Positions 9,448 to 18,542 of a stretch of DNA of 42,635 nucleotides are shown one piece after another. Below the pieces are notes generated by a model. The model was not told where the DNA came from. It made no database searches and saw only the letters and a list, made by a program, of their open reading frames with translations. Origin of the DNA: a virus (lineage: Duplodnaviria; Caudoviricetes); IMG/VR virus record IMGVR_UViG_3300037310_000230, positions 1 through 42,635 of that record. One strand, given 5' to 3'. A program made the position numbers and the translations under genes. The first letter of the stretch is position 1. The number at the start of each line of letters is the position of its first letter.

Positions 9448-9912
9448 TCAGTTGATGATGGTGTGGGGGTCGCTGGCGAGGGTCTTGAACTCGGCCCGCA
9501 GGGTGATGACGATCAGACCGAGTGCGGCCTGACCTTCGGTTTGTGGCATGCGCTCGATGCGCCGCTGCGTCAGCAGGATCTTGCTGCCGATGGTGTTCAG
9601 CGCGTCCGCTGGTGGCGTGGTGTCGAACAGGGCCGAGAGCCACTCCGCAGCGAGGTCGTGCATCTCGTCGTCGACGTTCTCGACCTGACGGACAGCCCCG
9701 TGAAGCTCGATCTGCAGCGCGTGCCGCTGGATGGACGGTGAATGCACCGTGATCGGCGCGATGTCTTCGTCGACAGCGAGCACGCGCCCGGCCGGCAACT
9801 GCGTGTCGGCGATCGGCCAGGCGCGGCTCGTGAAGATGTTGAGCCCTGCAGTCGGCAGCCCGGTGATGCGGGCGGCGACAGCGTCGACAACCTGAGCGGC
9901 GGCGAGCGTCAT
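9448..9912 (-). CDS. Probable tail terminator
   Basis: Size and position before the tail tube; NIFTSRAWPIADTQLPA. Confidence 0.65.
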   Translation of the reverse strand: MTLAAAQVVDAVAARITGLPTAGLNIFTSRAWPIADTQLPAGRVLAVDEDIAPITVHSPSIQRHALQIELHGAVRQVENVDDEMHDLAAEWLSALFDTTPPADALNTIGSKILLTQRRIERMPQTEGQAALGLIVITLRAEFKTLASDPHTIIN

Positions 9913-10217
9913 GGCAGCTTGGCCAGCTCGGTGACAGTCAGGGCGCCGTCACGGTGCGGGTACACCTGCCGTGCCTTGTAGTTCGCGCCGCCGATGAGGA
10001 ACTGGTCTGCCTCCGCCAGGGTCGGCCAGGTGCTCGATGGAACCACGAACGCGGGCGCCTCCGTGACGACGCCGAACTCCTCGACATTCAAGCCGTCGTG
10101 GTCAAAGATGACGGCTTTCGCCGTTGCCTCGACCGAACCGCCAGCAGGCGTGCGCAACGCGTCGACAGCGAACCCGCCACCGACATCGAAGAACACGCTG
10201 AGGTCCTCAACGAACAT
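9909..10217 (-). CDS. Probable head-tail joining (head closure) protein
   Basis: MFVEDLSVFFD...AVIFD...GALTVTELAKL, directly after capsid. Confidence 0.65.
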   Translation of the reverse strand: MFVEDLSVFFDVGGGFAVDALRTPAGGSVEATAKAVIFDHDGLNVEEFGVVTEAPAFVVPSSTWPTLAEADQFLIGGANYKARQVYPHRDGALTVTELAKLP

Positions 10218-10223
10218 GGTCGA

Positions 10224-11165
10224 TCAGGTGAACGTCGTCAGGCAGGCGCGCTGCCAGTAGCCGTAGCCGACGTTGCGGATGGCCTTCACGCCGTAAAGGT
10301 GGCGCTTGTTCTTGAACTCCTCTTCGGAGCCCTCGGCCAGCGCGTCAACGGTGACGCCCTCTTCCTCCTGCCGAATCAGCGCCTTCGTCTCGCTGTCGGT
10401 GCGGAAGGTGGCGAACTTGGTGGTCCACGTCAGGCGCGCATTGACTGCCAGCTCGACGGTGAAGCCGCCCAGTGCACCCAGCGTCAAGATGCGGTTCGTC
10501 CGGCTCGTGGAAGCGTCGACGATGATCTCGCTGCCGATCGCGGCAGCGAAGCTCGACATGAACGGCACCGGCACCATCACGAGGAAGCTCTTCGCCCCTT
10601 CGTTCATCGGCTCGCCCTGGTCGTCCTTGAAGCCGATGATGGCCTCCATGGACTTCAACAGCGCGGTCTCCGCCTCGCCGGCGGTGGGCGCCGTTGTGGT
10701 GGTGATGTCGCTCGTCAGGTCGTTGCTCTGCGTACCGCTGTCATGCTCCGAATGGTCGGTGTCGAAGAAGAACTGGCCGTCGTAGCAGGCTGTAGTTTCG
10801 CCGGCGATCAGCAGCTCGGACAGCAGCTTGGCCCAATGGCTGTTCGTGCGCTGAGCCAGTTCGCGCACACGCACCATCACCTGGCCGGTCTTGTCGCGGC
10901 GGATCTCGTCCATCAAGACTTCGAGGGTGCCCTCGTAGGTCTTGTTCGTGATCGTCACGCCGGCATCGCGCAGCGCCTTGGCCTGTCGGCCACCGATCCA
11001 CTCGCGCATCTGCGGAGCCTGGCCGAGCCACTTGTAGGTCTCGGACTCCTGATTGCTCGTGAAGTAGTTTGAGATACCGGGGACGTAGGTGCCCCCGATG
11101 TCCTGCTCCAGAGTGGCGTAGAACTCGCCGATGATGGCTCGACTTGAAAGTGCGGAAGCGCCCAT
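10224..11165 (-). CDS. Major capsid protein, Mu gpT-like
   Basis: ESETYKWLGQAPQMREWIGGR, NKTYEGTLEV, CYDGQFFFDTDH, NVGYGYWQRA; AAGGAG RBS. Confidence 0.92.
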   Translation of the reverse strand: MGASALSSRAIIGEFYATLEQDIGGTYVPGISNYFTSNQESETYKWLGQAPQMREWIGGRQAKALRDAGVTITNKTYEGTLEVLMDEIRRDKTGQVMVRVRELAQRTNSHWAKLLSELLIAGETTACYDGQFFFDTDHSEHDSGTQSNDLTSDITTTTAPTAGEAETALLKSMEAIIGFKDDQGEPMNEGAKSFLVMVPVPFMSSFAAAIGSEIIVDASTSRTNRILTLGALGGFTVELAVNARLTWTTKFATFRTDSETKALIRQEEEGVTVDALAEGSEEEFKNKRHLYGVKAIRNVGYGYWQRACLTTFT

Positions 11166-11194
11166 GTTTGCTTGCTCCTTGGATGGTCAGGCGA

Positions 11195-11617
11195 TCAGAT
11201 CGAGCGCAGCGCCGCGGCCTCGAAGTAGACGATGCACGTGGTGCCGCTGATCCAACGGTGCACCTTGCCGATGGCCGAGTTGCCGGTCGAGACATTGGTG
11301 AACGTGTCGTCGTCGCTGGCGTAGACGGAGGTTCCGTGATCGTCAGCGCCGGCGACGCCAGTCACCGCGAGCTGCACGTAGCCTCGCGAACGCACCCGCA
11401 CGTTCTTGGCGCTGGCGGCGCCGGCAGAGTTGTCGGCCTGGCGCTCGGCGAAGCCCATGAAAGCGTCGGCGGCGACCAAGGGGCGGGCGAGGCCTGACGA
11501 GTCGCCGACCGCCGCGCCTTCGTAGATGATGTCCGTTGCCACCATGGGCAGGTCGTTCAGATCCGGCGTGCCGGTCAGTTCGAACGCGCGGACCTTGTCG
11601 GCTGCGAGAGTGGCCAT
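11195..11617 (-). CDS. Capsid decoration/cement protein
   Basis: IIYEGAAV...FMGFAERQADNSAGA...VYASDDDTF...IGKV; between protease and capsid. Confidence 0.75.
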   Translation of the reverse strand: MATLAADKVRAFELTGTPDLNDLPMVATDIIYEGAAVGDSSGLARPLVAADAFMGFAERQADNSAGAASAKNVRVRSRGYVQLAVTGVAGADDHGTSVYASDDDTFTNVSTGNSAIGKVHRWISGTTCIVYFEAAALRSI

Positions 11618-11618
11618 G

Positions 11619-12950
11619 TCAGACTCCTTGCTTGTGCATGATCCGTGCTACGCCCTTCTCGGACGCGCGCACATAGGCGGTGTAGGCACCGAGCGAGCTG
11701 AACTCGCGGTGCAGCGACGCGTCGGCGTCCCATTGCAGCTTGCAGCGATGCTCGACGGGGAGCGTCGGGTCGATCGCAGGCTCGGGCTTGGCCGGAGCCG
11801 TGTACGTCTGAACCGGAGCGGTCGGCACCGGCTGCGGGGCATCGGCGGCCAGATCGGCGCCGGCCTTTTTGCGCGACTGGCGCTCGGCGGCCAGCACGGC
11901 GACCGCGGCCTCGGGGCCGGTGGTCTTGCCGTCGAACTTGAGGCCGGAGATCAGCGCTTCGTGGCCGGCCATGCTCTGCGCCTCGACGGCCTGGATGCGC
12001 TCGCGCTCGGCGGTGGCGCCTTCGGCCTGCAGCGCCGCGATCAGATCGGGCGCCTCGGCCGCGAGTTGTTCGCGGGTGATGGGCATGGATGCTCCTTGCG
12101 TGACTGCCGGGTTCGCCCGGCGGGAATTGAGATCGGCGATCACTTGATCGATCGTGCGGATGCCGTCGACAAGCCCAGCCTTCACAGCCTGCTCCCCGAT
12201 GAAGACGCGGCCGTCGGCCATGCGCTCAAGCACGGTTTCCGGCGTGACGCCACGGTGTTGGGCCACCGCGTCGACGAAGACGCTGTAGATGTGGTCGACC
12301 TGATCCTGCAGGGTCTGCCGGCCCTCTTCGGTCAGTGGCGCGTGTTGACTGGCAACCCGCTTGTACTTGCCGGCGGAAATCTCGGTGGTCTTGACGCCCC
12401 GTTGAGCCTCCGCCCCCGACACGTCGACGTGCGAGACGACGACGCCGATGCTACCGACCGATGTGGTCGCGTCGGCGATGAAGGCCTGAGAGGCGGCAGA
12501 GCCTACCCAGTAGGCGGCGCTTGCCATGGTGCCGCTGGCCACAGTGACCACCGGCTTCGTCTCACCGGCGGCCCGGACTGCGGCTGCCAGGGCCTGCGTG
12601 CCGTCGACCGTGCCGCCTGGGCTGTCGACCGCGAGGATGATGCTGTGGGCCTGCGGGTCGGCGGCGGCCTTTCGGACTTCGTTCGCGGCGAGCTCCATGC
12701 TCGTGCCGCCAGAGACCTGCATGAACAGATTTGCCCGCTTGGCCAGGATGCCTTCGATCGGAAGCACGGCCACGCCGTCGAAGAGGCTGTAGGCCTTCGG
12801 CTCGTTGGATAGCGGCTTGCCGATCCGCGCTTCGATGGCGTCAAGATCGGGCTTCTCGCCCCTGCTGTGCGCGAGGTAGATTTCCTGGATTTCCAGCAGC
12901 TTGGCGCGCTGGATTGCCCATGGCGAAGTGAGGACGTCGAGCACACTCAT
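11619..12950 (-). CDS. S49 head maturation protease with C-terminal scaffold (lambda C/Nu3-like)
   Basis: VDSPGGTVDG, MASAAYWVGS, VGSIGV, AGKYK; helical C-terminus with a possible internal start MPITREQL (AAGGAG upstream). Confidence 0.93.
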   Translation of the reverse strand: MSVLDVLTSPWAIQRAKLLEIQEIYLAHSRGEKPDLDAIEARIGKPLSNEPKAYSLFDGVAVLPIEGILAKRANLFMQVSGGTSMELAANEVRKAAADPQAHSIILAVDSPGGTVDGTQALAAAVRAAGETKPVVTVASGTMASAAYWVGSAASQAFIADATTSVGSIGVVVSHVDVSGAEAQRGVKTTEISAGKYKRVASQHAPLTEEGRQTLQDQVDHIYSVFVDAVAQHRGVTPETVLERMADGRVFIGEQAVKAGLVDGIRTIDQVIADLNSRRANPAVTQGASMPITREQLAAEAPDLIAALQAEGATAERERIQAVEAQSMAGHEALISGLKFDGKTTGPEAAVAVLAAERQSRKKAGADLAADAPQPVPTAPVQTYTAPAKPEPAIDPTLPVEHRCKLQWDADASLHREFSSLGAYTAYVRASEKGVARIMHKQGV

Positions 12951-12960
12951 TGCGCCGGGG

Positions 12961-13004
12961 ATTCTTCGCGTTGGGGCGTCTCACTGACAGGCAAAGCGTG
13001 AGAC
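12961..13004 (-). promoter_or_regulatory. Putative activator-dependent late promoter 2
   Basis: GTCTCA-N15-TGAGAC at 12978-13004, 24/27 identical to 20748-20774; -10-like AAGAAT 11 bp downstream. Confidence 0.7.
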
Positions 13005-13015
13005 GACCGGCCGGG

Positions 13016-13384
13016 TCAGGCCAGGAGCACCAGAATTTCCTTTTCCTGCCTTCGCCGCTTTGCGATGCGACGTGCGCCGCGGGCGGCCTCTTCCGCAGCG
13101 TTGGCGGCAGCGTCTGCCGCCCGCCTGGAAGCGTCTCGCTTCAGACGCCGCTCGATTTCTCCGGCCTCTTCCTCGGCTTCTTCCCTGGTGCGCTCTCGTT
13201 GTTTTCGTGCCGGCTTCAGCGCCTCGCGCCTAGCTCGCATGCGCTGCAGCCAAGCCCTGGTGATGACCAGCACCGGACGGTTTGCCGCGGGCGGCTCTTC
13301 AACGACCGCAAGGCCCTGCACGGCCGTCAAATGGCTACCGTAGCCGATGCCCTGTAGCGCGACGGCCAGTGGGGTGAGTTGCAC
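13016..13384 (-). CDS. Hypothetical protein (122 aa, charged helical C-terminus)
   Basis: Tightly packed after the 180-aa gene; internal repeat VALQGI / TAVQGL. Confidence 0.7.
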   Translation of the reverse strand: MQLTPLAVALQGIGYGSHLTAVQGLAVVEEPPAANRPVLVITRAWLQRMRARREALKPARKQRERTREEAEEEAGEIERRLKRDASRRAADAAANAAEEAARGARRIAKRRRQEKEILVLLA

Positions 13385-13385
13385 G

Positions 13386-13928
13386 TCAGCCCCTGGTCAC
13401 GGTGACCGTCGATCCCGCGGTCTCAATGTCCTGTTCGATCGTCCCGGCCGACCGTGATGTGTCCGTCACCACCAGCGGAACGCCGGCCGCCAGGCCGTGC
13501 AGCTTATGCAGCTCGTCGAGCTGCGTTGCCTGCCCGCTTGATAGGCCGCTGCCGCTGGACACCTGGATCAGGCCCGCCGAGTTGCCGATGATCAGCGAGA
13601 CCTCGCTCGTGCCCGGCACGAACACGTCGGCCAGGTTGTGGTTCGCCCCGACGCATCGAACCGTGTACGGGCTGCCCGTGTCCTGGAACGCCACGGTGTA
13701 GCCGTTGATGATCTCCACAGCGCGCGCATAGGACACGCCCGACAGCACGACCACCGTGTTGTGGTTGTGCGTGGTCGGCATGACGATGCCGTCCTCACCG
13801 TCCTCGAAGTCCTTGAGGGCGAGACGGAACCAATCGACATCCAGCTCGTACAGCGTTCCGCTGACCGACGTCAGGTCGGACTGCGGCACCGTAATGAGCT
13901 TGGTCGCCAGGTTGACCGAGATCGCCAT
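13386..13928 (-). CDS. Hypothetical, probably virion-associated (180 aa)
   Basis: 1-bp gaps to neighbours; AAGGA RBS; beta-rich composition. Confidence 0.75.
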   Translation of the reverse strand: MAISVNLATKLITVPQSDLTSVSGTLYELDVDWFRLALKDFEDGEDGIVMPTTHNHNTVVVLSGVSYARAVEIINGYTVAFQDTGSPYTVRCVGANHNLADVFVPGTSEVSLIIGNSAGLIQVSSGSGLSSGQATQLDELHKLHGLAAGVPLVVTDTSRSAGTIEQDIETAGSTVTVTRG

Positions 13929-13929
13929 G

Positions 13930-16836
13930 TCAGGTGTCCTTCACCAGGAACGCCGTCAAGTCGAGACCGGCAGTCGTGATCGTGCCGGAGAGCGGGCTGG
14001 TTTTGTAGAACGTCGCCGCGCTGCCCTTGCGCACGCGCCCGGTGACCGCTATGTCGGTGGTGTAGGCAAACGCCGTGTTTTGCAGAATGCCGCTGGCGTC
14101 GGTGGTGCCGTCGAGGATGACCCGATAGCTCGTGATCGTCCCTGTCGCCGGTGTCGTCGGTGTGCCGCTGACCGTGTAGTCGTAGGTGTTCGTAGTGACG
14201 TTCGAGATCGTCTTGACGCCGTTGTACTCGCCCTGATCTGCGCCGCTGATGATGACCTTGTCGCCGTTCGCCTTGCCGTGCGCGGTGTGCGTGACGGTGG
14301 CCGTCGAGCCGGACCGGGTGATCGTGACCGTGGTCCCGGTGCTGGCGTAGAGCAGTACGCGCGCGGACTGGATCGCTGCTGACGTGTCAGCGTCCTTGGC
14401 GGTTACCTTGACCGTCACCGCGTTCACCACGGTCACCGTGGCACCGGCGGTCCGGATACTCGGCGTCGAGCCCCCGCCGGTGATCGAGATCGTCATGCTG
14501 CCGCTGGCGATGTTGACGTAGATCGCCTCGTTGCCGGTGGAGCCGTTCGACGCGGCGTACCCGGTGAACGTCACGCCATCGAGCGTCATGTCCGCCGCCG
14601 TCCCGGTGATCGTCATGCCGTGGCCGGTGCCGCTCGATGTGAAGCTGCTGTCCGAGATGTTGTCCGCGGCGCCAGGGCTGGCCGCGGCCACGGTCGTGCC
14701 GGTAAACGAGCAGTTGGTCAGCGTGGCGGCGTTGAGCGTGAACGTCGGGCACGAGATGAACGACACCTGGTCCAGCGTGAGCGCCGACTGCAGCGTGACC
14801 GTGGCGCCGACGACCGTGGAGCCGGTGAAGTCGATGGTCGCGCTGCCGGACATCGCCGAGTCGAACTCCCAGCGGTACGGGCTCGGGCTTGTGAACAGGC
14901 AGTTCGTCCACTTGCACACGTCCGTGCTCTTCGGGTAGAACTTGACGCCCGCAACGTTAGCTGCCGCGTTCCACGTAAAGTAGTCGACACCGTCGTACAC
15001 ACGCGGGAATTGCAGCGTCACCTTGTCGACCGACAAGCACAACTTGTCGCCGCCGCCGAACTGCAGCGGTACGTAGGAGGTCGCCGCGGCGCCGGACTGC
15101 TTGATGAACGGGAACAGGCCGCACGAGTTGTTGACCACGTAAACCACGTCGTCGAAGTCCAGCGGCTCGGTAGACGAGCCGCCGGCCACTGAGAGGCGCG
15201 TCACCAAGTTGAGCATCGAGTAAACCCGCGCAACGGCGCCGGCTTGCGCCAGACTGGTCCAGATGCTGCGGGTGACGCTGCTCTTGTTCACCGCGCCGCG
15301 CAGAGCCCACGCCGTCGCAGCCCCATTCCAGTCGAGCGCAAACACATTGCGGCCGTCTGGGTCGACGTCTTTGGCGCCGCGGGCTTGGATGATGTAGCTG
15401 GCGTAGTTGGCGGACGAGTCGAGGAACGTCACTTGCAGCCCGCCCGGATCGGAGACCGGCATCGGGAAGCTCGGGTCGATGTCGAGGTCGCGTCGCAGAG
15501 CTGCGCGGAACGTACCGTAGATCAGCCCGGTGTCCATGTCCAGCGCCGTGCCGTACTGGTGCTCGAACCCGGACAGTGTTGTCGTTGTGCTCGATCCGGC
15601 ATGCGACGCACCGTCGGTGTACGGATTCGTTCCGTTGTCGCCCGAGGCCGTGGCCGCCGAGTACGTGGCGGTGCGCCCGCCCTTGCGGCCCTGCGTCAGC
15701 ACGATCGCTGTCGTGTACAGCGTCGTCACGCGCGCGCGAATCCAGAAATACGTCTGGCTGTTGATGGTTGTCGACGTCATGGCCGCCACGGCCGCCGTGC
15801 TCCACGTGATGAGCGTCTGGCCGGTAGCGAGCAGGCTCGAGCCGGTGACGCCTGTCGAGACCCACGATGAGCCGTTGTAGTACTCCCAGGCCAGCACGCC
15901 GGCTACCCCGGCCGTCGCTACGTTCAGGACCACTGCCTGGAACCGTTCGGTGCCGCCGAAGTACATGATGTCGCCGACCGCAGTGCCGAACGTCACGTCC
16001 GACGCAGTCGTGTTGTTCGTGGCGGCCGTGAAGTCGGTGAACGCACCGGACACGTCGCGCTGCACGTAGTCGAAGTCGTCGCCGATCGTCGGGATTGTCA
16101 GCGCCACCGGCCAGCTATCGGATTCGGTCGTCGCGAGGCCGACCATCGTCTTCAACACCTGCCCGTTGCTCACTGCGGCGTCACTGTACCCTGGCACTTT
16201 GGCGTCAGAGCTGGTGTCCTTGATTGCCAGCACGATGCCGCGGCCGTCGTCGTTCGCGCGGCCAAACCAGTTGGCGGCCGTAATCGAACCGGCCGTCCGC
16301 TGATAGGTATACGCGACCCCGACTGAATTCGCGCCGTTGTCACCCGCGTAGACGTTCGTCAACGGCGCGTAGGCGGTTGGGCTCAGCCCGGAGTCGCTGA
16401 ACCAGGCGTGCAGGATGAGGCAGTTCGCGTCGGTGTTCGTCGTGTCGCTGGGTCCGGCGAACGGCATGGCCGTGTCGTCGGCTCCGCTCTCGGCGGTCGC
16501 GCCACCGGAATCCGCGATCAGGTTCGCCAGGCTGGAACCGTCCGCGCCCTCGATCGACACCACGACCACGGTCCAGTTCTCGGCCGTGCCGGTTACCAGT
16601 GTCAGCGTCTCGGCGCTGGAGGCGGCGCTCTTGAACTCACTGCGGTACGCACAGCCGGCTGTCAGTCCGTCTTGGATGTTCGTCCACCCGGCTGTCGCGT
16701 TGATTGCGACGGCGCCGTCCTTCGATGAAAAGTGGATCAGCACGTCCCCAGCGACGTGCTCCGGCATGTTGCAGACGATCGAGGTAGACGTGGTGCTGCC
16801 CTGCTCGGTGACAGCAAAGTCTCGGATGCGGGCCAT
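13930..16836 (-). CDS. Large fibre/appendage-like protein (968 aa)
   Basis: GGAGG RBS; Thr/Ser/Gly/Ala-rich; beta-helix-like stretch (LTNCSFTG..ISDSSFTS..LDGVTFTG); TVTHTAHGKANGDKVIISG module typical of phage fibres. Confidence 0.7.
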   Translation of the reverse strand: MARIRDFAVTEQGSTTSTSIVCNMPEHVAGDVLIHFSSKDGAVAINATAGWTNIQDGLTAGCAYRSEFKSAASSAETLTLVTGTAENWTVVVVSIEGADGSSLANLIADSGGATAESGADDTAMPFAGPSDTTNTDANCLILHAWFSDSGLSPTAYAPLTNVYAGDNGANSVGVAYTYQRTAGSITAANWFGRANDDGRGIVLAIKDTSSDAKVPGYSDAAVSNGQVLKTMVGLATTESDSWPVALTIPTIGDDFDYVQRDVSGAFTDFTAATNNTTASDVTFGTAVGDIMYFGGTERFQAVVLNVATAGVAGVLAWEYYNGSSWVSTGVTGSSLLATGQTLITWSTAAVAAMTSTTINSQTYFWIRARVTTLYTTAIVLTQGRKGGRTATYSAATASGDNGTNPYTDGASHAGSSTTTTLSGFEHQYGTALDMDTGLIYGTFRAALRRDLDIDPSFPMPVSDPGGLQVTFLDSSANYASYIIQARGAKDVDPDGRNVFALDWNGAATAWALRGAVNKSSVTRSIWTSLAQAGAVARVYSMLNLVTRLSVAGGSSTEPLDFDDVVYVVNNSCGLFPFIKQSGAAATSYVPLQFGGGDKLCLSVDKVTLQFPRVYDGVDYFTWNAAANVAGVKFYPKSTDVCKWTNCLFTSPSPYRWEFDSAMSGSATIDFTGSTVVGATVTLQSALTLDQVSFISCPTFTLNAATLTNCSFTGTTVAAASPGAADNISDSSFTSSGTGHGMTITGTAADMTLDGVTFTGYAASNGSTGNEAIYVNIASGSMTISITGGGSTPSIRTAGATVTVVNAVTVKVTAKDADTSAAIQSARVLLYASTGTTVTITRSGSTATVTHTAHGKANGDKVIISGADQGEYNGVKTISNVTTNTYDYTVSGTPTTPATGTITSYRVILDGTTDASGILQNTAFAYTTDIAVTGRVRKGSAATFYKTSPLSGTITTAGLDLTAFLVKDT

Positions 16837-16848
16837 ACCGCCCTCCGT

Positions 16849-18540
16849 TTAGGCGTCGCTGGTGCGCACGGCGGTCGCAGATCCGCCAGCCGAACCCAGC
16901 GTGCCGGTCGACTCGAAGGTCTTGATAGGTGTGCTGCCGCCGTCGCGCACGCGGATGTAGAGGCTGCGGTCGCTGCCCGAGTACACCGCCGTGAAACTCT
17001 CGCTCGTCGACGCGGCCAGCTTGTCGATGTAGCTGAGGTACGTGTTCGCGCCATTCGCCGCGTTGTTGGTGCTGAAATCGTGCGACGTGATCGTGAATGT
17101 CTTCGTGCCGGAGTTGACAGCGCTGTACGGGTGCCGCGAGTACGCGCCGTTTGCGCGCTGGATGCGGATCGTGCCGGTGCTCGGCGTGTCGGTCGGGATC
17201 GCTTCGTTAACCACCACGCTCGTCACCGCGGCGCCGGTCAGTGCACCATTCAACGTGAACTGGTTCAGATCGATCGATCCGGCGTCGTTCGGCGCAACAA
17301 GCACGTAGTCCTCGCCGCTGACGATACCGTTGACGGTGAACGTCACGAAGTTCGGCGGCTGACGCAGGGTGTTCGTGAGATCGAACACCTTGTCGGACGC
17401 CGACAGGTCCAGCGCCTCGATGCCGAAGCCGTACGCGCCGATGATCGCCGAGCCGGTCGAGATGCCGCAAAACGGAAAACTCAGCGTCCGCTCGGTGACG
17501 GTGACGTTGACCAGACATGTCGCGCCGCTGGTCGACCCGGTGATCGTCTGGTTGTCTGTCGGGGCCACGCCGGTGAGCAACTGAATCCACATGGTCGTGC
17601 CGGCGGTCGGCGAGTTGATCGCGACCATGCGGCCCGTGCCTCCGGACCACGTCACACCCTCCTGCGCGTTGAACGTGCCGGTCGGCGTGTCGATGGTGAT
17701 CTGATGCGTGATGCCACGGAACAGCTCACCGTTGAGACCGTAGATCGTCGACGCGCTGCCGCGCCGCGTCAACCACTTCATCCGCTCGTAGAACTGGTTG
17801 ATCGAGAACGTCGCCTTGTTCCACTCGCTGTAGTACGGCTCGGTTATCGAGTCGTTGGTGACGTCGATCAGCCGGTAGCCCTCGGTGTTGGTGATCGTGG
17901 TCCAGGTCGCCACGGTCGCTTCGGCCGTGGTGTTGTTCAGGTCGTCGGCGTAGGTGAGCGGCACCACGTTGATGCCACGGCTGGTCCCGTTGACCTTGAA
18001 CTCGGAGTAGGTCTTCCCCCACTCCCGCGTCTGGGCGATCAAGCGCCGGCCGTCGATGTCCGCGGCGCCGGTGCGAACCTGCACGATGAACCGCATCGCG
18101 ATGCCATTGGCCGAGTCCGGATTGAGACCCTTGTTGCTGGACCCGAACGGGATCGAGTTCCAGAAATCGTTCGCTATCAGCGCGCCGTTTTGCACGAGCT
18201 CCACGTGCGCGCCGGCGTTCGCGACGATCTGGATACCGTCGTAGATGACGTCACCGTTGCTCTGGATGATCGAACCGCCGTACAGGTGCTCCGACGCGGT
18301 GGCGTCGATGTTGTACGAGTTGATCAGGTTGATGATCGTGTCGAACGACTTGTCCGACGGCGTGTCGCGCGTGATGTCGAGGAAGTCGTCGCTCGTGCTC
18401 GATGCGTCGTCGGCCAGGTCCTGCAGCCACCGGTGCAGCTCCAGCACCGTGTAGTAGCCGGCACCGCTCGCGCCGTGGGCGGCGCCGATGTACCGGATGT
18501 CCTTGTCGTTCTGGATCTCAAAATCGGTGCCGATGGCCAT
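16849..18540 (-). CDS. Hypothetical virion-like protein (563 aa)
   Basis: GAGGT RBS; starts 2 bp after the portal stop; Thr/Ser/Asn/Gly-rich beta composition. Confidence 0.72.
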   Translation of the reverse strand: MAIGTDFEIQNDKDIRYIGAAHGASGAGYYTVLELHRWLQDLADDASSTSDDFLDITRDTPSDKSFDTIINLINSYNIDATASEHLYGGSIIQSNGDVIYDGIQIVANAGAHVELVQNGALIANDFWNSIPFGSSNKGLNPDSANGIAMRFIVQVRTGAADIDGRRLIAQTREWGKTYSEFKVNGTSRGINVVPLTYADDLNNTTAEATVATWTTITNTEGYRLIDVTNDSITEPYYSEWNKATFSINQFYERMKWLTRRGSASTIYGLNGELFRGITHQITIDTPTGTFNAQEGVTWSGGTGRMVAINSPTAGTTMWIQLLTGVAPTDNQTITGSTSGATCLVNVTVTERTLSFPFCGISTGSAIIGAYGFGIEALDLSASDKVFDLTNTLRQPPNFVTFTVNGIVSGEDYVLVAPNDAGSIDLNQFTLNGALTGAAVTSVVVNEAIPTDTPSTGTIRIQRANGAYSRHPYSAVNSGTKTFTITSHDFSTNNAANGANTYLSYIDKLAASTSESFTAVYSGSDRSLYIRVRDGGSTPIKTFESTGTLGSAGGSATAVRTSDA

Positions 18541-18542
18541 AG

